NCBI GenBank assembly: GCA_963666975.2
Contig: CAXVYR010000004.1
Span: forward strand, 992,001-1,056,000
Direction: 5' to 3'
Origin: Terriglobia bacterium
GTDB taxonomy: Bacteria; Acidobacteriota; Terriglobia; 2-12-FULL-54-10
Length of the DNA stretch: 64,000 nt
The notes below the pieces were generated by a model that saw only the letters and a list, made by a program, of their open reading frames with translations, did not search any database and was not told where the DNA came from. Positions 10,098 to 19,500 of this stretch are shown here, piece after piece. Both the position numbers and the translations under genes were made by a program. The first letter of the stretch is position 1. Each line of letters begins with the position of its first letter.

Positions 10098-12500
10098 TTA
10101 AAACCGGAATCTCAGGCCCATGGTGGCGACTTGCGTCTCTAGGAAGTTCTGGTAAAGCGCCGTGAAGCCCTGCCCGTCGATTTCATGCTCAACCGCGAAG
10201 TCGTTGAGGATATCGGTGAACGTGAACAGAAATACAGCGCGATCGTTCATGATCGGCCAACTGGCGGCGAGGTCGAGCGAAGAGCGTGCGCGCTCCCTGC
10301 CCTGGGGAACGTTGCGTTCCGCGTAGTAGATGTAGCTCAACTGAAGCTCCATCCCACGGGGTAACCGGATCTGGTTGTTGATCTTGAAATCCCAGGTGCC
10401 GTCCTTCGAGGCGGCCAGCGCGAACGGTCGCCGCGTGGGGAAGAACAAGGTCGTCTCAAGCGCGTCGATATTATTCTTGAACCAGTTGGCGCTGCCGGAC
10501 AAACGCCATGAGTTCCTGATCTGCTGTTCCAGGAGAACCTCGATCCCGGTCTGGGCGGAGTTGCCGGCATTCTCGAAGATCCGGTTGACGATGTCGTAGT
10601 TCGGGTTTGAGTCGTCAATGGCGAAAACGCGCAGGAACGAGTCCTTGATGTCCCGGTGGTAGAGAGCCGTGCTGATCGATCCGCGCTCCCACGAGCGAGC
10701 GAAGCCGAGCTCGACCGCGTTGGTCAACTGCGGCCGGAGAAACGGGTTGCCGACCTTGAGAATCTCCGGATCGTCGTACTTGGGAAAGATGCGCAGTTCG
10801 GGCTCGCCCGGCCGATCGATTCGCCGGTTGTAGGCGGCGATCAATCGATTCTTGTCGCTCAGCCGATAGGTGAGCTTGACGTTGGGAAAGACCTCGAAGT
10901 AGTCGTACTTGTCGCTGCCCTCGTAGTAGATGTTATCGTCTGGAACTGTGTAGGAGACGCCCGTCTGCTCGATGCGCACGCCGGCCTCCAGCGTGTAGGA
11001 GTTCTTCACTTGTACCAGGTTGCCGTACAGGGCAGCGATGTCCTCGTTCCAGTCGGAAAAATCACCAAGACCTTCGTAAATTACGCTTTGCACACCACGG
11101 TCCACCGCATAGGTGACGGGCAGCCAGCGCCGCTGAAGCTTCGTGCCGAGCTCGATCCGACCGCTGCTTAACGGGCGTTTGTAGTCGATGCTCAGCGGCA
11201 AAGTGTTTTCCTTGGCCACCAAGTGGGTCATGTCCGTGCCTTCGCGGACCCTCGAGACCTCGTTGAGAAAGTAGGCTTCGTCTTCCCAGCCGCGTGTGTA
11301 CTGGAGATTGACGATCAGCTCGTGCCCAGGTGTTCTGAATTCACGCTTCAGGTCGAGGCTGATGTTGGCAAAGCCCGTATCCTCCTGCTCCCGCCAGAAC
11401 CAGAAACGCTCTCGTTCGCCGGTGGACGCCAGGATGAAGGGGACCTGCGCACGGTCGGTATGCGTTTCAAAGTCGTAGATCCCTGAGATCGAGAGGGTGT
11501 TGGCGGCGCCGACTCTAAAGTCGGAGCCGAGTCTGACGATGTAGTGGGTCTGCTCGCGGTTCTCGGGAACCTGCGACTCGATGACGCGACCATCGTCATA
11601 GAAGCGAGTCGTGAACTCGTTGTTCGGCAAATCGTCCTGAACGAGGACCTCCGCTTGGACGAAGCTGCGCACCTTCTCCGTGTTGTAGTTCAGGCTCACG
11701 CTGGGGATGATCTTCTCGTTGTTGGAAAAGCTGCCGAGCTCGGTCGGTAGATCGGCGCGCTGTTTGGAGAACTGGCCTAAGCCGAAGGACAGGCCGACGT
11801 CTCCCGAGAAGCCCAGTTCTTGCTCCTTTTTGTAGATGATGTTGATGATCCCGGCCATTCCGGCGGCGTCAAAGCTTGCGGAGGGATTGTGGATGATCTC
11901 GATCGCCTCCACATTGGCGGCGGACACGCTGTCGAGTCCTCGCTGACTTCCGAAACCTGTCAGGCTCGACTGCCTGCCGTCGATGAGAATGGCGACACGA
12001 TCGCTGCCGCGAAGCGAGACTTTGCCTTCTTGATCGACCGTCACGCCCGGAAGGCTCTTCATCGCATCGAGCAGCGATCCGGTCGACTGGGCAGGTCCTT
12101 CGTCGAGCCGCACAACTTGGGTGTCGATCCCGGCCACCCGGATTGCGTTTGCGGTAACCGTAATCTCCTGCTCGAGGATCTCCTGACGAACGAGGCGGAT
12201 GTCACCGAGGTCGTAAGACTGGTTGAGTTCGGAGACGAGCACGTCGAACTCCGCAGGGAAAAACCCGCGAAACGACATGTGGATCGTGTGCTCGCCCGGC
12301 GCCAAACCCTGCACGAGGAAGCGACCGTCTTCGCCGGCAAGCACGCCGGACAGCGTCTCTCCGGACTCGGCGTTCTCGACCACCACCGTCGCGAAGCCGA
12401 TCGGGGAATCGTTGGTGATATCCAGCACGTGGCCGGAGAGGATCGCCGTGCCCTCTTGAGCCAAAGAGACCACCGGCAGGAGCAGGAGGATGAGAATCAT
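10098..12500 (-). CDS. TonB-dependent receptor / outer-membrane beta-barrel with N-terminal carboxypeptidase-regulatory-like domain
   Basis: Signal-like MILILLLLPVVSLAQ, plug LPGVTVD..LRGS..ILIDGR..IEIIHNPSA, GNPFLRPQ, terminal Phe. Confidence 0.88.
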   Translation of the reverse strand: MILILLLLPVVSLAQEGTAILSGHVLDITNDSPIGFATVVVENAESGETLSGVLAGEDGRFLVQGLAPGEHTIHMSFRGFFPAEFDVLVSELNQSYDLGDIRLVRQEILEQEITVTANAIRVAGIDTQVVRLDEGPAQSTGSLLDAMKSLPGVTVDQEGKVSLRGSDRVAILIDGRQSSLTGFGSQRGLDSVSAANVEAIEIIHNPSASFDAAGMAGIINIIYKKEQELGFSGDVGLSFGLGQFSKQRADLPTELGSFSNNEKIIPSVSLNYNTEKVRSFVQAEVLVQDDLPNNEFTTRFYDDGRVIESQVPENREQTHYIVRLGSDFRVGAANTLSISGIYDFETHTDRAQVPFILASTGERERFWFWREQEDTGFANISLDLKREFRTPGHELIVNLQYTRGWEDEAYFLNEVSRVREGTDMTHLVAKENTLPLSIDYKRPLSSGRIELGTKLQRRWLPVTYAVDRGVQSVIYEGLGDFSDWNEDIAALYGNLVQVKNSYTLEAGVRIEQTGVSYTVPDDNIYYEGSDKYDYFEVFPNVKLTYRLSDKNRLIAAYNRRIDRPGEPELRIFPKYDDPEILKVGNPFLRPQLTNAVELGFARSWERGSISTALYHRDIKDSFLRVFAIDDSNPNYDIVNRIFENAGNSAQTGIEVLLEQQIRNSWRLSGSANWFKNNIDALETTLFFPTRRPFALAASKDGTWDFKINNQIRLPRGMELQLSYIYYAERNVPQGRERARSSLDLAASWPIMNDRAVFLFTFTDILNDFAVEHEIDGQGFTALYQNFLETQVATMGLRFRF

Positions 12501-12725
12501 GCTCAGCGACTTAGTGCGTTTTCTGATCCACCGACATGTTTCAACACCTTGCATACCTGGCATCATCCAGTCCAGAACTGCCAAGCGGGGAGCCTCCTCC
12601 TCTTGGAGGGTTTGCCAAGCCTCCTTACTGTTGCATGCACTAATCACCGCGTAACCCCACTTCTTAAGAAACATTTCCAATCGAAAATTCCAGTATGGCC
12701 TTCCGGCTGCTGTAATGATATTCAC
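12501..12725 (-). pseudogene. Truncated response-regulator receiver domain remnant, in frame with the TonB receptor
   Basis: FLKKWGYAVI..EAWQTLQEEEAPRLAVLDWMMPGMQGVETCRWIR; acidic pocket degenerate, C-terminal half missing. Confidence 0.7.
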
Positions 12726-12767
12726 ATGGGCCTGAGTTGGAGCACATTTCTTGCCGCTTGAACTCCC

Positions 12768-12858
12768 TGTACTTTCAGCACATATCGGCACGGCAACGCA
12801 TGCGTCAATAATCAATTGACTGGGATTTTTACATAGTTCGCGTGTTTCCGACAAACAT
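12768..12858. repeat. 91-bp direct repeat, copy 2
   Basis: About 88% identical to 9877-9967. Confidence 0.9.
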
Positions 12859-12971
12859 TAAGATGCCCGACCAGATCGTTTGACTGCAAAACTTCAGTCA
12901 ATACAGCCGTAAACCAGTTGGTCGGAAGGAGTAAAATAGAAATAGAGAGGTTGGAACAGGGGAAAGAAGCG

Positions 12972-14114
12972 ATGGCAACCTTGCGGGACATTGTCGATGA
13001 AAGGGTTCGCGAGGGAGAGCTTTACGAAAAGCTGGACCGCAACCGCGTGCGCTGTTTTGCCTGCGGGCATTGCTGCCCGATCCCGGAAGGCCAGCCCGGG
13101 GTCTGCAAGGTGCGAATCAACCGGGGCGGGACTCTCTATGTCCCCTGGGGCTATGTCGGCGGCGTGCAATCGGACCCTATCGAAAAGAAGCCCTTCTTCC
13201 ATGCCTATCCCGGAGCGCTGGCCTACAGCTTTGGAATGCTCGGCTGCGACCTGCACTGCGCTTATTGCCAGAATTGGGTCACCTCGCAGGCGCTGCGCGA
13301 TCCCGCCGCCGTGGCTTCCCTGATCCAAGCCACGCCGGAAACAATGGTCCGGGAGGCGCTCCGGGAGGGAGCCAAAGTGGTTGTCAGCACATACAATGAG
13401 CCGCTGATTACCAGTGAATGGGCCAAGGCCGTCTTCCAGGAGGCGCGGGCGGCGGGGTTGGCGACCGCGTTTGTCTCCAACGGAAACGGCACCCCGCAGG
13501 TGCTGGAATATTTGGGGCCGTGGGTGGACCTCTACAAAGTGGATCTGAAGAGCTTTGACGACGCCCACTACCGCAAGCTCGGCGGACGGTTGCAGCCCAT
13601 TCTAGAGACAATCCGCAGCCTGCACCAGATGGGCATATGGGTTGAGATCGTCACCCTGGTGGTTCCGGGCTTTAACGACTCGGACGACGAACTGAAGCGG
13701 ATGGCGGAGTTTCTGGCGAGCGTTTCTCCCGACGTTCCCTGGCACGTAACGGCGTTTCACAAGGATTACAAGATGACCGATCCGGAGAACACCAGCCCGG
13801 AAACGTTGCTGCGGGCCGCTCGAATCGGACGGAAAGCGGGCCTGCGTTATGTTTACGCGGGAAATCTGCCCGCGCAAGCGGGCGATTGGGAAAACACCCG
13901 CTGCCCGGATTGCCAGGCGCTGTTGATTGAGCGGCGCGGGTATCGCATTCAGAGCTACCATATATCCTCCTCAGGCTCTTGCTCCTCCTGCGGCAAAAAG
14001 ATTCCAGGGAGGTGGGACGCCTCCTTCGCGGGACAGATCACTTTTTCACCACTCCATCCGCGAAGGTCCCGATCTGCCGGCTTGCCCCATATCCAGGGAC
14101 CAACCAGCCCGTAA
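12972..14114 (+). CDS. amrS: AmmeMemoRadiSam-system radical SAM enzyme
   Basis: VRCFACGHCC..GVCKVR, DPIEKKPFFH, GCDLHCAYCQNW (CX3CX2C), TYNEP, ENTRCPDC. Confidence 0.9.
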   Translation: MATLRDIVDERVREGELYEKLDRNRVRCFACGHCCPIPEGQPGVCKVRINRGGTLYVPWGYVGGVQSDPIEKKPFFHAYPGALAYSFGMLGCDLHCAYCQNWVTSQALRDPAAVASLIQATPETMVREALREGAKVVVSTYNEPLITSEWAKAVFQEARAAGLATAFVSNGNGTPQVLEYLGPWVDLYKVDLKSFDDAHYRKLGGRLQPILETIRSLHQMGIWVEIVTLVVPGFNDSDDELKRMAEFLASVSPDVPWHVTAFHKDYKMTDPENTSPETLLRAARIGRKAGLRYVYAGNLPAQAGDWENTRCPDCQALLIERRGYRIQSYHISSSGSCSSCGKKIPGRWDASFAGQITFSPLHPRRSRSAGLPHIQGPTSP

Positions 14115-14213
14115 CTTCGCAAGCCGGCCTGAAACAACAAAAGCCTTCCAGCGTCACCTGGAACGGTCCTCGTGATCGTGCAGACCAAGATTCACCGGAA
14201 GCCGCGCCAATCC

Positions 14214-14324
14214 GAGCCGCGCGCGCCTGTCCCGCCTGCCCTGCCTGCCCTGAGCGAAGCCGAAGGGAGCGAAGCCAAGGGATCAGCAAGCGGACCCATA
14301 CACCAGTTTTTCAACAACCTCTTA
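14214..14324. repeat. Nested REP-like composite element
   Basis: gagccgcgcgcg[cctgtcccg cctgccctg(cctgccctgagcgaagccgaaggg)agcgaagccaaggg a]tcagcaagcgg followed by tttttcaacaacct; related copies at 19408, 52434, 61394. Confidence 0.8.
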
Positions 14325-14369
14325 AAGACGGCTCAGGCGCTTGCCGATAGACCAAGTGAGGTTATTGAG

Positions 14370-14840
14370 ATGGCGATTAGTATTTCATTCTCGGCGACAA
14401 GCCTGGAGTTTTCATTCCTGATTCGCCCGAATACGGAAGCAATCCTGCTCACCGAAGGGCCTGTGAAAGCCGAGCTTCTCACAGAGGAAGTGGAAGAAAG
14501 CGGAGAGTCGTCCGGGGAAGCACCCACGAAAGCAGAAGACCTGGGCGAAGAGCCATTAAGCTTCGCTGAACACGTAGCTTCTGCCGGTTTCCGCTCGCCG
14601 AGCACCCGCAACGCGCTCTACAAGTTGCACGATCGCCTCACGGACGGTCTGGATGGAGAGGCAGTCGCCGAAGTGGAAGCCTTGCTTGCCGAGGCGGTGG
14701 AGTTGGCCGGTGAGCTTGCCGCAGCCGATCAGCGACCGTTCGGCAGGAGCGTCGAACCAGCTCAAGCAGATATTCAACGTGGCCTCCAGACGCCATCCCG
14801 TACTCCCGGAACTCGCTCCTACCACGGAGCCCTCCTCTGA
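14370..14840 (+). CDS. Hypothetical acidic protein (possibly frameshifted near 14725)
   Basis: GAGG upstream of ATG 14370; Glu-rich helical sequence; no recognised motif. Confidence 0.45.
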   Translation: MAISISFSATSLEFSFLIRPNTEAILLTEGPVKAELLTEEVEESGESSGEAPTKAEDLGEEPLSFAEHVASAGFRSPSTRNALYKLHDRLTDGLDGEAVAEVEALLAEAVELAGELAAADQRPFGRSVEPAQADIQRGLQTPSRTPGTRSYHGALL

Positions 14841-15036
14841 GCCCGCGCCCGATGACGGCGATCCGGCTCCCGCCCTGGACGTCGCCGTCTAAGACCGCTT
14901 GCCGTCTTTCTTACTTACTCTCTGGCTGATTCTGTGAACAGAATGGGGAATTGACTTCCGTGTGGCTGGGCTGTGCCGGCAGGGGCCGCGAATTCCTTTC
15001 ATGCGCGGCCAGCCTGCAGGCTGTTTCTTGATTAGA

Positions 15037-15963
15037 CTACTGCTGAATCTTCAGCGGAATATTGAGCAGCATCGGTTCGCCCGGCTTGGTCTCCAAGCGA
15101 TACATGGTTTGCGGAAGGGGCTCATCGTGCGTCAGCAGGCGTGTCCGGTCCGTGGCGGCTGCTTTCTCTGCTTTCGTGTAGGACTTGCCCGTTTGCCCCC
15201 GCGCCTCCAGGCGCTGGACTTTGGAGCCCCACCGTTTCTCCCAAGCCGAGACCTCGTCCTGTGTCAGCCGGAGCGGGTCGCGCCGAATCCTCAGGCCCGG
15301 CAGGGGATCGGGCGTCACCAGAATGGTCAGCACTTCCGCTGTCTGATCGGGCCGGCTCGTCCGCATGGAGAAGTAGCGCGGGCGGTCGTCCCAGGCGGGG
15401 ATTTCAATCAGACGTCCGGCCACCACTTCATTATTGCCGCCGTGCGTCCGCAGAGTGGGGAAGATCAGCAAGGGTGTGCCGAAGGTGCCGTCTGCGTACT
15501 GCTCCCGGTCGATCACATACAGGTAGCCGGAGCGGGCCGTCTCGATGCTGACCCGGACCTTCTGTCCTTCCAGCAGCGGGGTCTCAGCCTCGACGCGCTC
15601 CGGTGTCAATTCCCCTCCCCCGTCCAGGTCGGAGATGCGAATGTCTTTGTCGTCTTCCGGGAGGGAGGCGCGCAGGAGCCAGATGGTGATGCCCACCAAC
15701 GAATCGCCGGGGTCTTCTGCGCCCAGCTGTGGCGGCGAGGCCGCAGGGGGCATCGGCGCCGTCGTGGCAGTCGAAGGGGAAGCGGAGGCCGGTTTGGGCT
15801 CAGCGGGCCGCTTGGCGCGAAACGCCGTGTTCCACAGTTGCCGCGTGCGGTCTCCCGAGGACGTTTGCTGGGCTGCGGCGGGGGAATGTCCCCATACCAA
15901 TAGCAATACGAACGCCGCCAGTCCCAAGGTTCCGAAATCAACAAAGCTTGGTTTGTTTGTCAT
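15037..15963 (-). CDS. Exported DUF4384-like domain protein
   Basis: Signal peptide, Pro/Ala linker, GQKVRVSIETARSGYLYVIDRE..LLIFP..IEIP. Confidence 0.75.
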   Translation of the reverse strand: MTNKPSFVDFGTLGLAAFVLLLVWGHSPAAAQQTSSGDRTRQLWNTAFRAKRPAEPKPASASPSTATTAPMPPAASPPQLGAEDPGDSLVGITIWLLRASLPEDDKDIRISDLDGGGELTPERVEAETPLLEGQKVRVSIETARSGYLYVIDREQYADGTFGTPLLIFPTLRTHGGNNEVVAGRLIEIPAWDDRPRYFSMRTSRPDQTAEVLTILVTPDPLPGLRIRRDPLRLTQDEVSAWEKRWGSKVQRLEARGQTGKSYTKAEKAAATDRTRLLTHDEPLPQTMYRLETKPGEPMLLNIPLKIQQ

Positions 15964-16005
15964 AACTATGCCTCTTTTTGGTTTTCCAATCATTGGGGGA
16001 TCCAA

Positions 16006-18435
16006 TCAATGGTGCTCCAAATTCAACAACCTGACTAAAATATCGCCGTTCCCTTGGACGTTTGTCTGCTTGCGCACCTCATCTCGTTCCACAACGGAGG
16101 GCGATTCACTAAATTTCTCCAGAAGCGCCTGGATCGAGCTGGTCAGGTCCGGGTCGTCTACGACCCCCATATGCTCTGCATCGGCAAATTCCTTGACGGC
16201 CTCCAGTTCGGCAACGCTTTTGGCGGTCCAGATCATCCATAATTTTTCCGTCCCCGCCTGCTCGTCAAACTGTATCCAGTACTCTTGTTCGGCGGGTATC
16301 TGAATCCTCTGATCCGCAGTCAGCAAAGCCGGCTGGCCCTCGCCCGGAAACATGACGTTGTAGCTGGGCATTCCGGCTTGCAGCACCGGCCCTTCGTTGA
16401 GTATGTAGAGATATCCGGCTTGCGGGCTACTGATAACCAGGCGAATGGCATAGTCTGCCTCAAAGATGATTTCGCCCGGCAGCGGGAAGGGTTCCCGGAA
16501 GGGTTCTCCGTCCCGGTACCGCTGCACGATGATGGAGTAACTGAACATGCGATCCGGCACGGAAACTGCGGCAGGCGGAGCAAGCTCGGATGGGGCGGAT
16601 TGATCGGAGGACCGGTTGAAAATACCAATGCCGATTCCCGCCACGAGCAATACAGCAACGGCGATAGCAGCCGCGATGAGAGCCGGTTTCTTCTTGCTGG
16701 CCTCGGCGGCTCCGGCAGGGAGCTTCCCCCGGGTGGAGGCCTTCCGGCCTGCCGCGCCGGAGCGCATCTTCTGCGGTAATTCCCGGTTGCCTGCATCCTC
16801 CGTGCAGAGGTTAAAAAGGTGGACCCGCACGCCGTGCTTGACCTCTTGCTCTCCGAGGTCCTCGAGATGCGATGACCAATCACTCAGTTGTGCCAGGACC
16901 TCCGCCACGGAGCGGGAGATAATAATATGCCCCGCATCGCCCGAGTCCATGACCCGCTGGGCCATATTGATCCCGCCACCGGCCACGTTTCTGTTGGCAT
17001 TGATGTCCGCCACGCGGTACACGGGTCCGGTATGGACACCGATACGCAGCTTGATGTTGGGATAGTCCTTTAAGGAGCGGCTGACCTCGGTGGCGCATTT
17101 GACCGGCGCGACTGGATCGCGGAAAAACACCAGTGCCATGCCGTCTCCGGTCGGCAGCTTAATCAGTTCCTCGTTTTCCTGCGCGCGCTGGAATTCCTCC
17201 GAGCTGGAGATCACATCCTGCAGTTGCTGGAGATATTGCGTCTGGAGGTCCATCGGCAGCAGAGAGTAGCCTACGATATCCGTAAAAAGGATGTGGGCCA
17301 TCTCCAAGGCGGGTTTTTTGGAACCAGAGGAGGCGGCAACCGTCTTATGCTGCATGGGGGTGGTCGCAGCGAAGGCGCTCGGATCGGAAGAGGTCCCCCT
17401 CGGGAGGGTTTGCAGCATTTCTGCCCCGCCGGTCACGGCGCGGGCGAACTCGTCTCCCAAGTCCCGTGCGCGGGCGTGGCGCTGTTTGGCGTCGAAGGAA
17501 AGCGCCTTCAAAATGCAATCCTCCGCCGCCGGAGGCAGGCTGGAATGAAAGTCCCGCGGCTTTGCTTTGACCCCTTCCTGCTGCAGGACGTACAGTTGGG
17601 CCGGCGAGTCCGGGTTGAATGGCCGCCGCCCGGTGACCATCTCATAGGCGATGACGCCGAGAGAATAGATATCGCTGGCGCTAATGGGCTGCCCCAGGAG
17701 CTGCTCCGGAGCCATATAGGAGCCCGACCCGGCAACCCGCGTGGCCTCGGACCCCGCTGCCGCCTGCGATTCCATCACCGTGGCGATTCCGAAGTCGATG
17801 ATTTTCACCAGCTCCTCGCCGCCTCCCAAATTTTGCAGCATGACGTTTTCCGGCTTCAGGTCGCGATGATAAACGCCGCGGTCGTGCGCGGCGGTGAGCG
17901 CCTGGCCGATCCCTCGCACGATCTGCGCAATGCGCGAGAGGGAAACCTGCTGGCTCTTCATCACATCCCGCAGCGTCAGCCCGTCTACGTATTGCATCAC
18001 CAGAAAGGGCTTCCGGTCCGGCATTTCTCCGGCGTCCAGCACGCCCACAATTCCCGGATGGTCGATGCGCGAAAGAGCTTCTCTTTCCTGGCGGAATTTC
18101 TTGGTGAACCAGGCGCTGTCGGCCGATTGTTTTTCGAGCAGGACCTTAATCACCACCAACCGGGAGTGCAGTTGCTCGTCCCGCGCCAGATAGACTATGC
18201 CAAACCCCCCGCGCCCCAGTTCCCGCTCAATGCGGTAGCGGTCTTTGATTTTGGCTCCGCCGTACGGCTTCTCTTGCGGCAAAGGCGCGGTGTTGACGAC
18301 CTGAGTGGCTTCCGGGGTGACGGCGGCGGTGGCTTCGGTGGCGCCACCGGCAGCAACTTCGGTAGCGGCGTCAGCAGCAATGGTCTGCTCCTGGTCGCTG
18401 GGGGTCTTCTGGTCTGGCTGGCCATCTATCGGCAT
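16006..18435 (-). CDS. Ser/Thr protein kinase - class III nucleotide cyclase - TM - DUF4384-like fusion
   Basis: Kinase GRGGFG/VIK/HRDLKPEN/DFG/YMAPE; cyclase FTDIVGYS, TGDGMALVF, GVHTGPV, INMAQRV; TM LIAAAIAVAVLLVAGIGIGIF; C-terminal PQAGYLYILNE. Confidence 0.9.
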   Translation of the reverse strand: MPIDGQPDQKTPSDQEQTIAADAATEVAAGGATEATAAVTPEATQVVNTAPLPQEKPYGGAKIKDRYRIERELGRGGFGIVYLARDEQLHSRLVVIKVLLEKQSADSAWFTKKFRQEREALSRIDHPGIVGVLDAGEMPDRKPFLVMQYVDGLTLRDVMKSQQVSLSRIAQIVRGIGQALTAAHDRGVYHRDLKPENVMLQNLGGGEELVKIIDFGIATVMESQAAAGSEATRVAGSGSYMAPEQLLGQPISASDIYSLGVIAYEMVTGRRPFNPDSPAQLYVLQQEGVKAKPRDFHSSLPPAAEDCILKALSFDAKQRHARARDLGDEFARAVTGGAEMLQTLPRGTSSDPSAFAATTPMQHKTVAASSGSKKPALEMAHILFTDIVGYSLLPMDLQTQYLQQLQDVISSSEEFQRAQENEELIKLPTGDGMALVFFRDPVAPVKCATEVSRSLKDYPNIKLRIGVHTGPVYRVADINANRNVAGGGINMAQRVMDSGDAGHIIISRSVAEVLAQLSDWSSHLEDLGEQEVKHGVRVHLFNLCTEDAGNRELPQKMRSGAAGRKASTRGKLPAGAAEASKKKPALIAAAIAVAVLLVAGIGIGIFNRSSDQSAPSELAPPAAVSVPDRMFSYSIIVQRYRDGEPFREPFPLPGEIIFEADYAIRLVISSPQAGYLYILNEGPVLQAGMPSYNVMFPGEGQPALLTADQRIQIPAEQEYWIQFDEQAGTEKLWMIWTAKSVAELEAVKEFADAEHMGVVDDPDLTSSIQALLEKFSESPSVVERDEVRKQTNVQGNGDILVRLLNLEHH

Positions 18436-18646
18436 AAAGAACTCCGGCGGTGAACGGCTCTGAATCGACGGCGAAGCCTTCCCCACCTGGGGGGATATCT
18501 ATTGATAATAAATCTCTTCTGCAAGCTTGACAAGAGGGACATTCGTGATCTTCTGTTCGGTGTTGTTCTTTACAGCACGCCTCCAGTCTGCTATTTTGCA
18601 GTTTTAGTTCTCGCATCCTGGGTTGTAATGACTGAGGACTGTAAAG

Positions 18647-19361
18647 ATGCCCCTGTGGCAGACGCACTTATCCGCACTGATTACGCTACCTCGCCTTAAA
18701 ATCGCCGCCGGCAGCCTCCTGTGCCGGGCGGTCATTTTCGGACTAATAACGCTTCTTTGTTTGGCTGTTCCTTCCTTGTCCCGCGCGCAGGGCGTCATTT
18801 CCACGGCGGCGGGCACCACCTGGAGCTTTTTCGGCGATGACGGTCCGGCCATACTTGCCTCGCTGGATGGCCCTACCAGTGTGGCGGTAGATGCGGCTGG
18901 CAACATTTTTATCGCTGACCGGAATAATAACCTTGTCCGCAAAGTCGGCGCCGATGGAATCATCACCACTGTGGCGGGCAACGGGGATTTCTCCTTCGCG
19001 GGAGACGGCGGCCCGGCCACCGCCGCCTCGCTCGATCCCCAGGGCGTGGCGGTCGATGCGGCCGGCCAACCGCGGGGAGTTTCTTTCGATCTTCTGCACT
19101 GGACTGGGAGCGGTAACGAACCCGCCGGCGAGCGGAGCCGCGGCAGCAGGCGATCCGCTGTCGGAGACGATGGCGACCCCGGGCGTAACGATTGAAGGCG
19201 TTCCGGCGACGGTAACGTTCTCCGGGCTGGCGCCGGGCTTTGTGGGGCTCTATCAGGTGAACGTGGTGATTCCCCAGGAAGTCTCTTCTGGCCCGGCGGT
19301 CCCCCTGATACTCACCATCAGCGGCGTCCCCTCCAATGCCGTGACTATTGCGGTCGAGTAG
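18647..19361 (+). pseudogene. NHL-repeat / TIGR03437-like exported protein with internal deletion and frameshift
   Basis: NHL repeats (GDDGPA..LDGPTSVAVDAAGNIFIAD) switch at about 19060 into another frame with IFCTGLG...FSGLAPGFVGLYQVNVVIP. Confidence 0.8.
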
Positions 19362-19407
19362 CACGTAACAAATTCGTGCGGTTTTGTCCCACCGAATCCA
19401 ACCAGAA

Positions 19408-19500
19408 CGGTTTCACAGTTCGTGTATAGTCAGAGCCGTGCGCGCCTGTCCCGCCTGCCCTGCCTGCCCCGAGCGAAGCCGAGGGGATCAGCAAGCGGTC
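19408..19500. repeat. Nested REP-like composite element (filled allele)
   Basis: cggtttcacagttcgtgtatagtcagagccgtgcgcg[insert]tcagcaagcgg; empty relative at 52434-52481. Confidence 0.8.

Noticed and set aside
10098-12854. 918-aa ORF as a single genuine protein
   Set aside because: Its N-terminus translates the 91-bp repeat and a degenerate receiver remnant; the receptor proper starts near 12500
14172-14369. N-terminal extension PALPALSEAEGSEAKG (also the 60392-61447 and 61432 starts)
   Set aside because: Translation of the REP-like repeats, not coding sequence
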